64,000 nt of DNA from Mobula hypostoma (taxonomy: Eukaryota). Of the stretch, positions 10,701 through 25,700 are shown one piece after another; position 1 is the first letter of the stretch; every line of letters starts with the position of its first letter. A program made the position numbers and the translations under genes. The notes beneath the pieces were generated by a model. The model saw only the letters and a program-made list of their open reading frames with translations. It had not been told where the DNA came from and did not search any database. The stretch is taken from assembly GCF_963921235.1 (NCBI RefSeq), contig NC_086097.1, positions 135,100,001 to 135,164,000 on the forward strand. The letters are read 5' to 3'.

Positions 10701-13700
10701 GGGCCAAGTAGCCTAATCCTGCTCCTATGTCTTATGGTATCACGTAGGAATTTGGAGAAACAAGAAATCAACTTTTATTGAATATAATGCATTTAATTTC
10801 ATAATGGTGCTGATGCTTTGCAATAGTTCAACTAAGCTAAAAACGTTTTGTTGATGAATCTCGTTTGTGCTCTGTCTGAGGCTTCTTGCTTAAGTGTCCA
10901 ACGGTATTCAGCCAGCATTGATAGATTCCGGTGTCCTGATACGGCTTCTCCATTACCTCAATGTCCTGGCAAAACCTTTTACCATGCTCATCGTTGACAG
11001 CTCCAGATCTTCAGGGAAGAAGTCTAACTGGGAATGCAGAAAATGAATCTTCAGTGTAGTGCAAAACACTTCATGGTTTTGTATGTTTGAGCCATGTTGT
11101 TAATCAGATGCATGTAGTTTGGAGCTCTGTTGTCAAGAAAATTTTCAACAACATCCTTGAATGCCTGTCATTGACCTGTGTGATTTGTGGACCAACAAAA
11201 ATACCTTCCTTAATCTTGGCATCAGTTATTCTGGAAAACGCCTGTCTCAAATATTGAAATTCTTCATGGAAGTGTATAGCTTTTCTAAAACCATGCAGCA
11301 TCTACCCTGCCTAAACATGGCCAGGCATGCCTGGACAAGATGGAAAGCTTTTTAGCTTAAGTTGTGGGCAATATTTTAATTGACTCAAATTATGAACTGA
11401 CATAACAAATACAGGCAGTTTTGTTTTAAATGTGCGTGATGGGGAACTTCATGGTGATTTTCATGGTCAGCAGCCCAAAATCTGTAAGATACACCCAAGA
11501 GTACTCAGAAGCAAAATTTTTGTTTTCCAGTGTTATCAGGTATCTACTCGGCAGCCTTGGATGGTAAACTTGCTCAGAGCAAAGAAATGTCTGTGGAGCA
11601 CAGACACCCACTATTTGTTTGCTCTTCCAAGATCAGCACTGGTCACATTTTTTTTTAAAAAAAATCATCTTTTCTGAGGACTCTTGACCTTTATTTTAGT
11701 GGAAATTTTAAAGTCCACTCAAAAAGAAGCAAATATAGATGTCTCTGAGTCACAAAAATAGCTATTTTCTGTTGCATTACCTATTCTAAAATTAACTTGC
11801 CATAGAGCCAATATATTGGCAATCCATTCTTTATTCATTTCATTGGCAGCGGACTAAAATTCAAAAGTTAGAGTTGATGCTCACTTCCCACATTTGAATT
11901 GTTGAATAAAATGTGGTCTGAACTATGTCTGTCTTCATATTAGAAAAATGGCTATAGTTTTCTTATTGCAAGAAGTATCGTAGGAAAGGCAGATGAGCTC
12001 AGGGTGTGGACCGACATATGGAATTGTGATATTGTAGTCATCAGTGAGACTTAGTTGCAGGAGGGGCAGGACTGGCAGCTTAATATTCTGGGTTCCGCTA
12101 TTTTAGATGCGACAAGGAGGGATTAAAAGAAGAGGAGTGGCGTTACCAGTCAGGAAAAATGTCATTGCAGTGCTCAGTCAGGGCAGACTGGAGAATCTGT
12201 CCAGTGTGACATTATGGGTGGAATGAGGAATAAGAAATGTATAACCACATTAATGGGGTTGTGTCAGGGGCACTGAACTCGAATCAGCCCATCTCCAGAG
12301 CCACCAAAATCCCTGAAGGCGCACTACTCTTCCAGGCCGCATCCTTTGGATATCAAAAAGTGGCCGGTCATGAGCCCCTGAGAGTTGGTCTCATTCCTGC
12401 AAAGAACAGAACTCCTAGTGTAACTCCTGGTCAGGGTCTTCAAAAGAACTTTAACAAGGAAAAAAAAGAGATATCAAAGATAGAAATAGAGCTGTTTCCG
12501 AAGATGCAAACACAGGAGTTGCTGTTTAGTGCCATCTTGACTTTGCTTCACCCTCCTGCCTATGGGAAAAAGATAGGTCTGGTCTGTGGGTTGAGGTTTT
12601 TGATTTTTGGTATCAGAAAAGATTTGGCAAGTGTGGATTGGGACAGATTATTTTCTGGCAAAGGTATACTTGGCAAGTGTGAGGCCTTCAAAAGTGAAAT
12701 TTTGAGAGTACAAGTCTTTTATGTGCCTGTCACAATAAAAGGTAAAGATAATGGGTTCAGGGAACCTTTGTTTTCAAGTGATATTGAGGCCCTGGTTAAG
12801 GGAAAAAAGGAGGTGCATAACTTATAGGCAGGTAGGAACAAATGAGGTACTTATGGAGTATAAGAAGTGCAAGAGACCACTTAAATCAGGACAGATAAAA
12901 AGTCATGTGGTTGCCTTGATAATCAAGGTGAAGAGGAATCAGTCTTGAGGGATTCTACAGAAATGTTAAGAGCAAAAGGGTTGCAAGGGACAAAATTGGT
13001 CCCTTTGGAAGATCAGAATGGTAATCAATGTGTGGAGACAAAAGAGATGGAGGAGAACTTCACTAAGTTTCTTTGCAGAGTCCATAGAAGTGAGACAAAG
13101 CAGCATGGACTTCATGGACCCTATACAGATTACTGAGGAGGAGGTGTTTGCTGTCTTGAGGCAAGTTAGGGTGGATAAATCCCCAGGGCCTGACAAGTGT
13201 TCCCTCATTATCTGTGGGAGGGAGGCAAGTTCAGAAATTGCCAGGCCCTAGCAGAGATATTTAAATTCACCTTAGCGACAGTGAGGTATTGGAGGATTGC
13301 TAATGTTGTTCAGCTGTTTAAGAAAGGCTCTTAAAAATAAACCAGGAAATAATAGATTGGTGAGCCTGACATCAGTAGCGGGAAAGTTATTGGTTTGTAA
13401 TCTAAGGGACGGGATATATGAGTATTTGGACAGACATGGACTGATTAGGGATAGTCAGCATGGCTTTGCACATGGTGGGTAGTGTCTAACCAATCTTACG
13501 GAGTTTTTTTGAGGAATTTACCAGGGAAGTTGATGTAGGCAAGGCAGTGGATGTTGTCTATGTGGACTTTAGCAAGGAATATGACAAGGTTCTGAATGGC
13601 AGGTTGGTCAAGAAGGTTCAGTTGCTTGGCATTTAAGTTGAGGTAATAAATTGGATTTGTGGGAGGAGCCAGAGAGTAGTGGTAGAGGGTTGCCTTTCTT

Positions 13701-16700
13701 ACTGGAGGCCTGTGACTAGTGTTGTGCCACAGTGATCAGTGCTGGGTCTGTTTATCATCTACTGTATATCACTGATGATAGTGTGGTTAACTGGATCAGC
13801 AAATTTGCAGATGACAGCAAAATTGAGGGTGGACAACGAGGAAGACTCAGCTTGCAGTGGGATCTGTACCAGCTGGAAAGATGGGCTGAAAGGATGCAGA
13901 CAAGTGCGAGGTGTTGCACTTCGGTAGGACCAATGAGTATAGGTCTTAGTGAACGGTAGGTCACTGAGGAGTGCCGTAGAACAAAGGGATCAGGAAATAC
14001 AGGTCCACAATCCTTTCAAAGTGGTGGCACAAGCTGATAGGGTCATAAAAAAAGGCATTTGGCACATTGGCATTCAATGTATTGAGTACAGGAGATGTGA
14101 TGTTGACGTTGTATAAGATGTTGAGGCCTAATTTGGAGTGTCGTGTGCAGTCTTGGTCACCAAGTTGTAAATCGGGTTGAAAGAGTACAGAGGAAATTTA
14201 TAAGGATGTTGCTGGGACTGATGATCTGAGTTATAGGGAAAGTTTGAATAAGTTAGGACTTCATTCCTTAGAATGCAGAAGCTCCAAGGGGAGACCTCGT
14301 ATACCACTATCAAATAATGTGGTACATATAAGGTAAATGCATGCAGTCTTTTTCCACTGAGTTTGGGTGGGACTATAGCTAGAGCTGATGGATTAAGGGT
14401 CAAAGGTGAAAAAGCTTAAGGGGCTCATGAGGGGAAACTTCACTCAGAGGGTCATGAGTGAGGAATGAGCTGCCGGAAGAAGTGGTGCAAGTGAGCTTGA
14501 TTTCAACATTTTAAAGAAGTTTGGATAGGTACATGGATGACAGGAATATGGAGGGCTCTGGCCCCTGTGCAGGTCAATGGGGGTGGAGTAGGTAGTTTAA
14601 GTGGCTTGGCACAGACTAGATGGGCCAAATATCCTGTTTCTATGCTGTACTTTTCTATGACTACGACATAAGACATGGAGCAGAATTAGGCCATTTAGCT
14701 CATGGAGTCTGCTCCACCATTTGGCCATGGCTGATTTATTTGCCCTCTCAATCCTGTTTTCCTTCCTTCTCCCCATAACCTTTGAGATCCTTATTAATCA
14801 AGATCCCAGTGACTTGGTATCTACAGCTATCTGTGGCAATGAACTCCACAGTTTGCACTCTCTGGCTAAAGAAATCCCTCATCTCTGTTCTAAAGAGTTG
14901 TCTTTCTGCTCTGAGGTTGTATCTTCCAGTCCTAGACTCTCCTGCTGTTGGAAACATCCTCACCATGTTCACTCTATCTAGGCCTTTAATATATTATAGG
15001 TTTCAATCAGAATCTCCTGTTATTCTTTTGAACTCCATTGAGTACAGGCCATGAAAGGCTCCTCATATGTTAACTATTTGTTCCTGGGACCAGTTGTACT
15101 TGTAAAGTGAGGGGGATTCAGCATACAACCCTCTGCAGATAGATTCAAACTACCGCAGCTCTTGAGCTTCCCTCATTAATTCCAGTTTGGTCCAGAATCT
15201 CTACTTCATCTGTGAAATGGCTTCCTGGAGATATATTTGCACATCTTGTAGCTTTCTTGGTCTCCAGACTTGAAAGCATCTGATCAGACCCTCAACAAAT
15301 TTCTGATCTCATGGTTCATTCAGGACTTCTGATTGGGGAAGACTAGATGATTTACTAGGGACACAATCATCTCTAGCTGTTTTGATAAAGTCCATTACAT
15401 CTGAGGTGTATTCATACAGATCTCTTGAGTGCTTGAATGCGCCATGTCCACTGACCAAAGCAATCCTGTCATCGTTCCTCTACCTCTAACAACCACCTTC
15501 AGTTCTGCTCATCTCTGGAGTCTTGCTTTTTCGGCTCTGCCTGTATGCAGGTAGGAGGAGGAAGACTGTGTGATCCAATTTACCAAAATGTGGTCTGGGC
15601 AAGGAATGGTAGTCGTTTCTTATCTTAGTGTGGCAGTGTTGTATTATGTTGAGACCTCTGGTACTAGAGCTTACATGCTGGTGATTTTTTTTTCTTCAAA
15701 CAGGCCTGGTTGAAGTCTCCAACTATAATTTGAAATGTGTCAGGATGGGCTTTTTCTTGTCTGCAGACAACATTACACAGTGTAGTGAGTGCAATTTGGT
15801 CCATTCTGAAAATCGTAAATGCTTCTGGTCCAACTGCTGCGTCAGGCATATTGAAAGATAACAAAGACCCAATACAGCAAACAATTGAGATATTTCTCAT
15901 CTGCCTCTGATTCAGTGATCTTGCCCTCAGGTCATCAATTTTATCCTCCAGCGACTGCACATTCGCTAACAAGTTGCTGGGTAGAGGAGGCCTCATCCCC
16001 TTGTGTTTCAGCCTGGCTTGGCCTCCCCCTCTCCTGCGAAGCTTTTGGTCATGGTCTGCGTTCTTTAGTCGACCGTGAGATTTGAGGATCATTGTTGTGA
16101 TTTAGAAGTTCATTGTAACGAGGAAATTTGTATGCCACAGATTGCAGTGAGAGTAATTCATAAGTATTTTTAAGAGGAAATATGGAACAATTTTCTGCAA
16201 CCCACAGAAAGTCGGCGATGATCACTGATACCATCTTGCCCCAAAGCTGTGTGCTTTGCCCCTTGCTTTACCCACTTTGCACCCATGACTGCGTGGCTAA
16301 GCACAACTTCAATACCGTATTTAATTTTGATGATCACACTACTGTTGTGGGCTGAATCAAAGGTGGAGATAAATCAGCATGTAAGAGGGAGATTGAAAAT
16401 TTGGCTGAGTGGTGTCCTAATAAGAACCTCTCACTCAATGTCAGCAAGACTAGGAAATGATTGTAGACTTCAGGAGGTGGAAGCCGGAGGCCCATGAGGT
16501 GGAGAGGGTTGCCGGGTTTAATTCTTGGGTGTTACTATTTCAGAGATTCTTCCTGGACCCAGCACATAATTGCAATTGCAAAGAAAGCACAGCAGCGCCT
16601 CTACTTAGGAGTCTGTCGAGATTCAGCATGACATCTAAAACTTTGACAGACTTCTATCAATATGTAGTGGAGAGTGTATTGACTGGCTGAATCACAGCCT

Positions 16701-19700
16701 GGTACGGCAACACCAATGCCTTTGAATGAAAAGTCCATAAAAGATAGTGGATTCAGCCCAGTGCATCACAGATAAAGCCCTCCCATCCATGAACACATCA
16801 ATATGAAACACTGTCCTTGGAAAGCAGCATCCAGCATCCATCATCCAAGATCCTCACCAGCCAGGCCGTGCTTTTTTCTCACTGCTGCCAATAGATAGAA
16901 AGTACAAGAACCTTAGGACTCGCAACACAAGTTTCAAGAACAGTTACTACTCCTGAACCATCTGGCTCTTGAACAAAAGGGGTTAACTACACATTTGCCC
17001 ATTCGTTGAGATGTTCCCAAAGCCAATGATCTTGCTTTAATGACGCTACCTTGTTATTTCATGTTCTCATTATTTAAAACTATTTGTTTGTATTTGCATT
17101 TGCATAGTTTGTTGTGTTCTGCACTCTGGTTGATCTTTCATTGATCTTGTTATGGTTGCTATTCTATAGATTTGCTGAGTATGCCTGCAGAGAAATGAAT
17201 TTCAGGGTTATTTGTGTTTTGTTTTGTTTTGAACTTTGATTCTCATAAGCCTCCTCTGGTCTCTCTCCAATGTCAGCACATCCTTCCTTAGATATGGGAC
17301 CCAAAACTGCTCACAATACTCCAAATTTGGTCTGACCTGTGCTTTGTAAAACCTCATCATTACATCTTGCTTTCAAAATGAATGCTAGCATTGCATTTGC
17401 CTTCCTTACTACCGCAAGATAATCTTTAAGGAATCCTATACTAGGACTTCAAAATCCTTTTGCACTTACAATTTATAAATTTGCTCCCCATTTAGAATAT
17501 GTACTACACCTTTAATCCTGCTTCCAAAGCGCATGACCATACGCTTTCCTTCACTGTATTCCATCTGCCACTTCTTTGACCATTATCCTAACCTGTCCAA
17601 GTCCTTCCGTAGACTTCCTACTTTGTCAACACTACCTGGCTCTCCACCTATCTTTGTATCATCAGCAAACTTAGCCATGAAACCACCAATTCCGTCATCC
17701 AGATCATAAACATGAAAAGTAACAGCTATCACAGACCCCTGCAAAAGCACCACTAGTCATCGGCAACCACCCAGAAAAGGCCCCTTTTACTCCCACTCTG
17801 CTTCCTGCTTGACAGCCAATCTTGTTTCTATGCAAGTACATTTCCTGAAATACAATGGGCTCTTATCTTGTTCAGCAGCTTCGTATGCGGTGCCTTTTAA
17901 AAAGTCTTTCTGGAATTGAGCAACATCACTGACTCCTTTGTCTATACTGCACGACAGCACAGAAAGAGGCCAGTCTAGACTGTGCCAAACTATTATTCTG
18001 CCAAGTCCCAGCAACCTGCACTTGGACTGTAGCCATACACCTCCCTTCCATGTACTTATCCAAACTTCTCAAATATTGAAATCAAGCCTGGAGCTTAGAA
18101 AGATAAAGGGTTATAGGTAAGCCTAGTAACTTCTAAGGTAGGGGCATGTTCGGCACAACTGTGTGGGCTGAGGGGCCTGTATTGTGCTGTAGGTTTTCTG
18201 TTTTTCTATCCATCGCTTCTGCTGGCCGATTGTTCCACACTCTCACTGCCCTCTGAGTGAAGAGGTTCCCTTTAACTATTTCACTTTTCACTCTTAACCC
18301 ATATCCTCCAGTTGTCGTCTCATCCAACCTCAGTGGAAAAACCCTGCTTGGATTTATCATATCTATACCCCTCATGATTTTGCATACCTCCATCAAATTT
18401 CATTTGATTCTAAGGGAATAAAGCCCTAACAAATTCAGTTGTTCCCTTTGACTCAGATCTGCAAGTCCTGGCAACATCTTTCTAAATTTTCTCTGCACTC
18501 TTATTGATATCCTTCCTGTAGGTAGAAGCCCAGAGCTACACATAATACCCCAACTTGGGCCTCACCACTGTCTTGTATGTATTCAACATAACATCTAAAC
18601 TCCTATACTTAATACTTTTGATATAAAGGCTAATGTTCCAAAAGCTTTCTTTATGACCTCAACTACCTGTGACACCACTTTCAAGGAAATATGGATCTGT
18701 GTACTCAGATTCCTCTGTTAGAAACATAGAAAATAGGTGCAGGAGTAGGCCATTCGGCCCTTCGACTCTGCACCGCCATTCAGTATGATCATGGCTGATC
18801 ATCCAACTCGGAACCCTGTACCAGCCTTCCCTCCATACCCCCTGATCCCTTTAGCCACAAGGGCCATATCCAACTCCCTCTTAAATATAGCCAATGAACT
18901 GACCTCAATTGTTTCCTGTGGCAGAGAATTCCACAGATTCACCACTCTCTGTGTGAAGAAGTTTTTCCTAATCTCGGTCCTAAAAGGCTTCCCCTTTATC
19001 CTCAAACTGTAACCCCTCGTTCTGGACTTCCCCAACATCGGGAACAATCTTCCTGCATCTAGCCTGTCCAATCCCTTTAGGATTTTATACGTTTCAATAA
19101 GATCCCCCCCTCAATCTTCTAAATTCCAATGAGTATAGGCCTAGTTGATCGAGTCTTTCATCATATGAAAGTCCTGCCATCCCAGGAATCAATCTGGTGG
19201 ACCTTCTTTGTACTTCCTCTATGGCAAGGATGTCTTTCCTCAGATTAGGGCACCAAAACTGCACATAATACTCCAGGTGTGATCTCACCAAGGCCTTGTA
19301 CAACTGCAGTAGAACCTCCCTGCTCCTGTACTCGAATCCTCTTGCTATGAATGCCAGCATACCATTCGCTTTTTTTCACCGCCTGCTGTACCTGCATGCC
19401 CACTTTCAATGACTGGTGTATAATGACACCCAGGTCTCATTGCACCCCCCTTTTCCTAATCGGCCACCATTCAGATAATAATCTGTTTTCCTGTTTTTGC
19501 CACCAAAGTGGATAACCTCACATTTATCCACATTAAATTGCATCTGCCATGAATTTGCCCACTCACCTAACCTATCCAAGTCACCCTGCATCCTCTTCGC
19601 ACCCTCCTCGCATCCTCCTCACAGCTAACACTGCCGCCCAGCTTCGTGTCATCCGCAAACTTGGAGATGCTGCATTTAATTCCCTCGTCTAAGTCATTAA

Positions 19701-22700
19701 TATATATTGTAAACAACTGGGGTCCCAGCACTGAGCCTTGCGGTACCCCACTAGTCACTACCTGCCATTCTGAAAAGGTCCCGTTTATTCCCACTCTTTG
19801 CTTCCTGTCTGCCAACCAATTCTCCATCCACATCAATACCATACCCTCAATACCGTGTGCTTTAAGTTTGCACACTAATCTCCTGTGTGGGACCTTGTCA
19901 AAAGCTTTTTGAAAATCCAAATATACCACATCCACTGGTTCTCCCCTATCCACTCTACTAGTTACATCCTCAAAAAATTCTATGAGATTCGTCATTCATG
20001 ATTTTCCTTTCACAAATCCATGCTGACTTTGTCCAATGATTTCACCGCTTTCCAAATGTGCTGTTATCACATCTTTGATAACTGACTCTAGCATTTTCCC
20101 CACCACCGAGGTTAGGCTAACCGGTCTATAATTCCCCGGTTTCTCACTCCCTTTTTTAAAAAGTGAGGTTACATTAGCCATCCTCCAATCCTCAGGAACT
20201 AGTCCAGAATCTAAAGAGTTTTGAAAAATTATCACTAATGCATCCACTATTTCTTGGGCTACTTCCTTAAGCACTCTGGGATGCAGACCATCTGGCCCTG
20301 GGGATTTATCTGCCTTTAATCCCTTCAATTTACCTAACACCACTTCTCTACTAACATGTATTTCCCTCAGTTCCTCCATCTCACTGGACCCTCTGTCCCC
20401 TGCTATTTCCAGAAGATTATTTATGTCCTCCTTAGTGAAGACAGAACCAAAGTAATTATTCAATTGGTCTGCCATGTCCTTGCTCCCCATAATCAATTCA
20501 CCTGTTTCTGTCTGTAGGGGACCTACATTTGTCTTAACCAATCTTTTTCTTTTCACATATCTATAAAAGCTTTTACAGTCAGTTTTTATGTTCCCTGCCA
20601 GTTTTCTCTCATAATCTCTTTTCCCTTTCCTAATTAAGCCCTTTGTCCTCCTCTGCTGGACTCTGAATTTCTCCCAGTCCTCAGATGAGCCGCTTTTTCT
20701 GGCTAATTTGTTTCTTCTTTGGAATTGATACTATCCCTAATTTCCCTTGTCAGCCACGGGTGCAACACCTTCTCTAATTTATTCTTTTGCCAAACTGGGA
20801 TGAACAATTGTAGTTCATCCATGTGATCTTTAAATGCCTGCCATTGCATATCCACCGTCAACCCTTTAAGTATCATTTGCCAGTCTGTCTTAGCTAATTC
20901 ACGTCCCATACCTTCAAAGTTACCCTTCTTTAAATTCAGAACCTTTGTTTCTGAATTAACTATGTCACTCTCCATCTTAATGAAGAATTCCTTTCTTTTT
21001 CAATCTTTTTATTAATTTCAAAATATAGAAGCAAAACATAGCAATAATACAAATAGTAGGAGATATATTGTTACACTTTAAAAAAAAGTAATTGCAAAAC
21101 CAAGTAGTGTAAATTAACAAAGCTCCCAAACATGTAGAACTAACCACGGATAATACAAAGCAAAAAAAAACTGGGAAAAAAAATCATGAAAAAGAAAAAA
21201 AAACAAAACAAAAAAAGCAAACCCCATCCCCAAAGAAAAACAAAATTAATCAACTAAACTAAAAGACTTGGGCAAAACTAACAACTTAAAAATGGAAAAG
21301 AAGAAAACCTTAGTGTCGACGACTCCATTCCCCTCCAACAACAGTACGGAGAGATAAAACAAGTTTGGAAATGATCAAATTCCATCAAATGAAAATGCTG
21401 AATGAATGGCCTCCAAATTTTTTCAAACTTAATGGAAGGGTCATAAACTGCACTTCTAATTTTCTCCAAATTCAAACACACCATAGTTTGTGAAAACCAA
21501 TGAAATACAGTAGGAGGGTTAATCTCTTTCCAATTCAACAAAATGGACCTTCTAGCTATTAAAGTAAGAAATGCAATCATCCTTCGTGATGAAGAGGTTA
21601 AATTATTTAAGTCTATCATTGGTAGTCCAAAGATAGCAGTAATTGGATGAGGTTGTAAGTCTATATTTAGGACTGTTGAAATAATATCAAAAATATCTTT
21701 CCAATATTTCTCCAACAAGGGACATGACCAAAACATGTGGGTTAAAGAAGCTATCTCGAAATGACATCTGTCACATATTGGATTAATGTAAGAGTAATAA
21801 CGAGATAGTTTATCTTTGGACATATGAGCCCTGTGCACTACTTTAAATTGTATCAACCTATGCTTAGCATATACAGAGGATGAATTCACCAGCTGAAGAA
21901 TTTTTCCCCATTTTTCAGTCAGTATATTAATCTCAAGTTCTCTTTCCCAGTTAGCTTTAATTTTATTAGAACCATCAGGACATAAATTCATAATTATATT
22001 ATATATAATTGCTACTACACTTTTCTGAGAGAGATTTAAATCTAAGGTTTTTTCCAAAGTGTCCATTGGATATGGGTGTGGAAAATTAGGGGAGACAGTA
22101 ATTAAAAAGTTTCTAATCTGTAGATATCTAAAAAAGTGAGATCTGGATAAGTTATATTTATTAGAGAGTTGATCAAAAGACATAAAACAATTATCCAAAA
22201 GTAAATCACGAAAAGATATTATACCTTTGGTTTTCCAATCAAAGTAAGCTTGATCCATCGTGGAAGGTTGAAAAAGAAAATTTGATATAATGGGACTTGC
22301 TAGAATAAATTGATTAAACCCAAAAAATCTTCGGAATTGAAACCATATACGTAAAATATGTTTAACTATTGGGTTGTTCATTTGTTTATATGATTTAAAA
22401 GAAGTAAAAGGAAGTAAAGTTCCTAAAACCAAACCCAAGGAAAACCCTTGTAATGAATTAGATTCAAGATTTACCCAATGAGGGTTTAAAGATGCGTCCA
22501 AATCTTGTAACCAAAATTTTAAATATCGAATATTAATTGCCCAATAATAGAATCTAAAATTCGGGAGGGCGAGCCCCCCCCCCTTTTTAGATTTCTGTAG
22601 ATACCTTTACCTAACCTAGGATTTTTATTCTGCCAAATATGATGAAATTTTTGAATCTACGTTATCAAAAAAAGATTTTGGGATAAAAATTGGAACCGAT

Positions 22701-25700
22701 TGGAATATATACAAAAATTTGGGCAAAATGATCATCTTAATAGCATTAATCCGACCAATCAAAGACGAAGAGATTGGGGACCATTTGGTAAATAAAAGTT
22801 TAATCTGATCAATTAAAGGTATAAAATTAGCTTTAAATAAATCTTTATATTTTTTCGTAATTGTTATCCCTAAATATATAAATGAATCAGTAACCAATTT
22901 AAATGGTAAACGTCCATAAATAGGTACATGCTTATTTAAAGGGAATAAGTCACTCTTACTAAGATTCAATTTGTAACCAGAGAAGTTACTAAATTGAGCT
23001 AACAGATCTAGGATAGCAGGAATTGACTTCTCCCGGTTAGAGATGTATAACAACAAATCATCTGCATATAATGATAATTTATGTATTTCGTTTCCACGGG
23101 TAATACCAACAATATTTGGCGAGTCACGAATAGCAATTGCTAAAGGTTCAAGAGCAATATTAAATAGTAAAGGACTAAGAGGGCAACCTGGCCTAGTACC
23201 ACGAAAAAGACGAAAAAAAGATCTATAATTATTTGTACAAACCGAGGCTACCGGGGCGTAATATAACAATTTAATCCAAGATATAAATGTCAAATTAAAA
23301 TTAAATTTCTTAAGAACATTAAATAAATAAGGCCATTCAACTCTGTCAAAGGCTTTCTCAGCATCTAATGAGATAATACATTCCGGGGTAGTAAATTAGG
23401 GAGTGTAAACAATATTCATTAACCTCCTAATATTAAAGGATGAATAGCGATTTTTAATAAATCCGGTTTGATCTATGGAAATAATTTGAGGTAACACCTT
23501 CTCCAGTCCAGTTGCTAGAATTTTTGAAAAAATTTTAGAGTCTACATTCAGAAGAGATATTGGTCTGTATGATGCACAATCAGTAGGATCTTTTTTCTTT
23601 TTAAGAATTAAGGAAATAGAGGCTTCATAAAATGATTGTGGTAATTTACCTAAACTGATTGCTTCCTTGAATATTCTAGACAACTTAGAAGAAAGAATGG
23701 AGGAAAAAAATTTTAAAGATTCTACTGTAAACCCATCTGGACCGGGTGCTTTACCGGAATTCAATGATGAGATCGCAGTTATTATTTCTTCCTCTGAAAT
23801 GGAAGTTTCTAATGATAGGCAATCTTCAGGTGATAGTTTCGGAAAACTCAATTTACTTAAAAAATCATGCATGAATTAGAATCATCAGGAAAATCAGAGT
23901 GATACAAAGAGGCATAAAATTCTTGCAAGGTTTGGTTTATCCCAACGTGATCAACTGTGAAAGTATCATCCTGTTTGCGAATCTTAGTAACTTGACGTTT
24001 AACCAAATCAAATTTCAATTGGTTAGCCAGTAATTTACCCGATTTATCGCTATGAATATAAAAATCTCTTCTAGTTCTTATTAATTGATTTTCGATCGAG
24101 GATGTTAATAATAAGCTATGTTCCAATTGGAGTTCAACTCTGTGTTTGTACAGCTCATTACTGGGAGAAATAGCATATTTTTTATACGTCTTTTCAAACC
24201 AACTGTGAAAGTATCATCCTGTTTGCGAATCTTAGTAACTTGACGTTTAACCAAATCAAATTTCAGTTGGTTAGCCAGTAATTTACCCGATTTATCGCTA
24301 TGAATATAAAAATCTCTTCTAGTTCTCATTAATTGATTTTCAATCGAGGATGTTAATAATAAGCTATGTTCCAATTGGAGTTCAACTCTGTGTTTGTACA
24401 GCTCATTACTGGGAGAAATAGCATATTTTTTATCGACTTCTTTAATTTTATCAACCAACAGAAATAATCTGACCACGGATATAAGCTTTAAAGGCGTCCC
24501 AAACAGTTCCATTGGAAACTTCTTCTGTAGTATTAGTTGAAAAGAAGAAATCAATCTGCTCTTTTATAAATTTGACAAAGTCCTGATCTTGCAGCAAAAT
24601 AGGGTTAAATCTCCATTGTCTGCCAGTACAAGAGGTGTCCATTAACTTGATGGAAAGTTTCATTGGAGCATGATCTGAAATAGCAATAATGTCATAATTA
24701 CAATCAACTACATATGGAATCAAACGAGAGTCAATCAGGAAATAATCAATTGGGGAAAAAGAACGATGTACATGTGAAAAAAAAAGAAGAATTCCTTATC
24801 ATTTGGATGTAGGAATCTCCAAATTTCTGAAATCCCAGAATCCGACATAAAAGAGTTAATAATAGTAGCCGACTTATTTGGTAAAGCCGGACTACCTATG
24901 GATCTGTCCAACATGGCATTCAAACATAAATTAAATTCACCGCCCATTATCAACATATACTCGTTTAAATTAGGAAAGGAAGTGAGTAAGTGTTTAAAAA
25001 AATTCAGGATAATCCACATTTGGAGCGTAAACATTAACCATAGCGACCTTTTTATTAAAAAGTACCCCAGTAATTAACAGAAATCTGCCATTAGGATCTG
25101 AAATAATGTTTTGATGAATAAATGTAATTGAGGGATCAATAAAAATTGCAACACCTTTAATTTTGACTTGAGCATTTGAATGGTATTGTTTTCTTTTCCA
25201 AAACTTAAAGAAGCGTTAATTGTCCTCTTTCCTTACATGAGTCTCTTGTGCAAAAATAATATGAGCATTCAGTCTTTGGAACACTTTGAAAATCTTTTTC
25301 TGTTTTACTGGATGGTTTAAACATTTGTATTCCAAGAGACAAAATTAATAGTATGAGCCATAATTGAAAATTAACTCTTTGGTAAGTAAGGGGTTAACCA
25401 TAATGTGAGCTCATGAAATCGGAAGAGGAATACATGATTAGAGAGGAACCGGAAATCTCGACACTGCGGACATCTTTGTAGTTCTGAATCAGCCCAATAG
25501 AAAAAAAATTAGAAAAGAAAAAGACTACCCCCTCCCCCAACCCCAAGTAGAACCCCGAACTAAGCCAGAGAAGGCTGAAGAAAGCACTAACTAATACTAA
25601 CTTTAACCCCATTTCTGCAGGGGGCAACTCCAAAAATATATGTTAAATAGGTGACCTCCTGAAGACTAATATATGTAAAAAATAAACAGTATAGTAAATA

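Noticed and set aside
12237..12827. 196-aa ORF as a novel gene
   Set aside because: It is a chimeric read-through of CR1 sequence and an inserted antisense repeat fragment.
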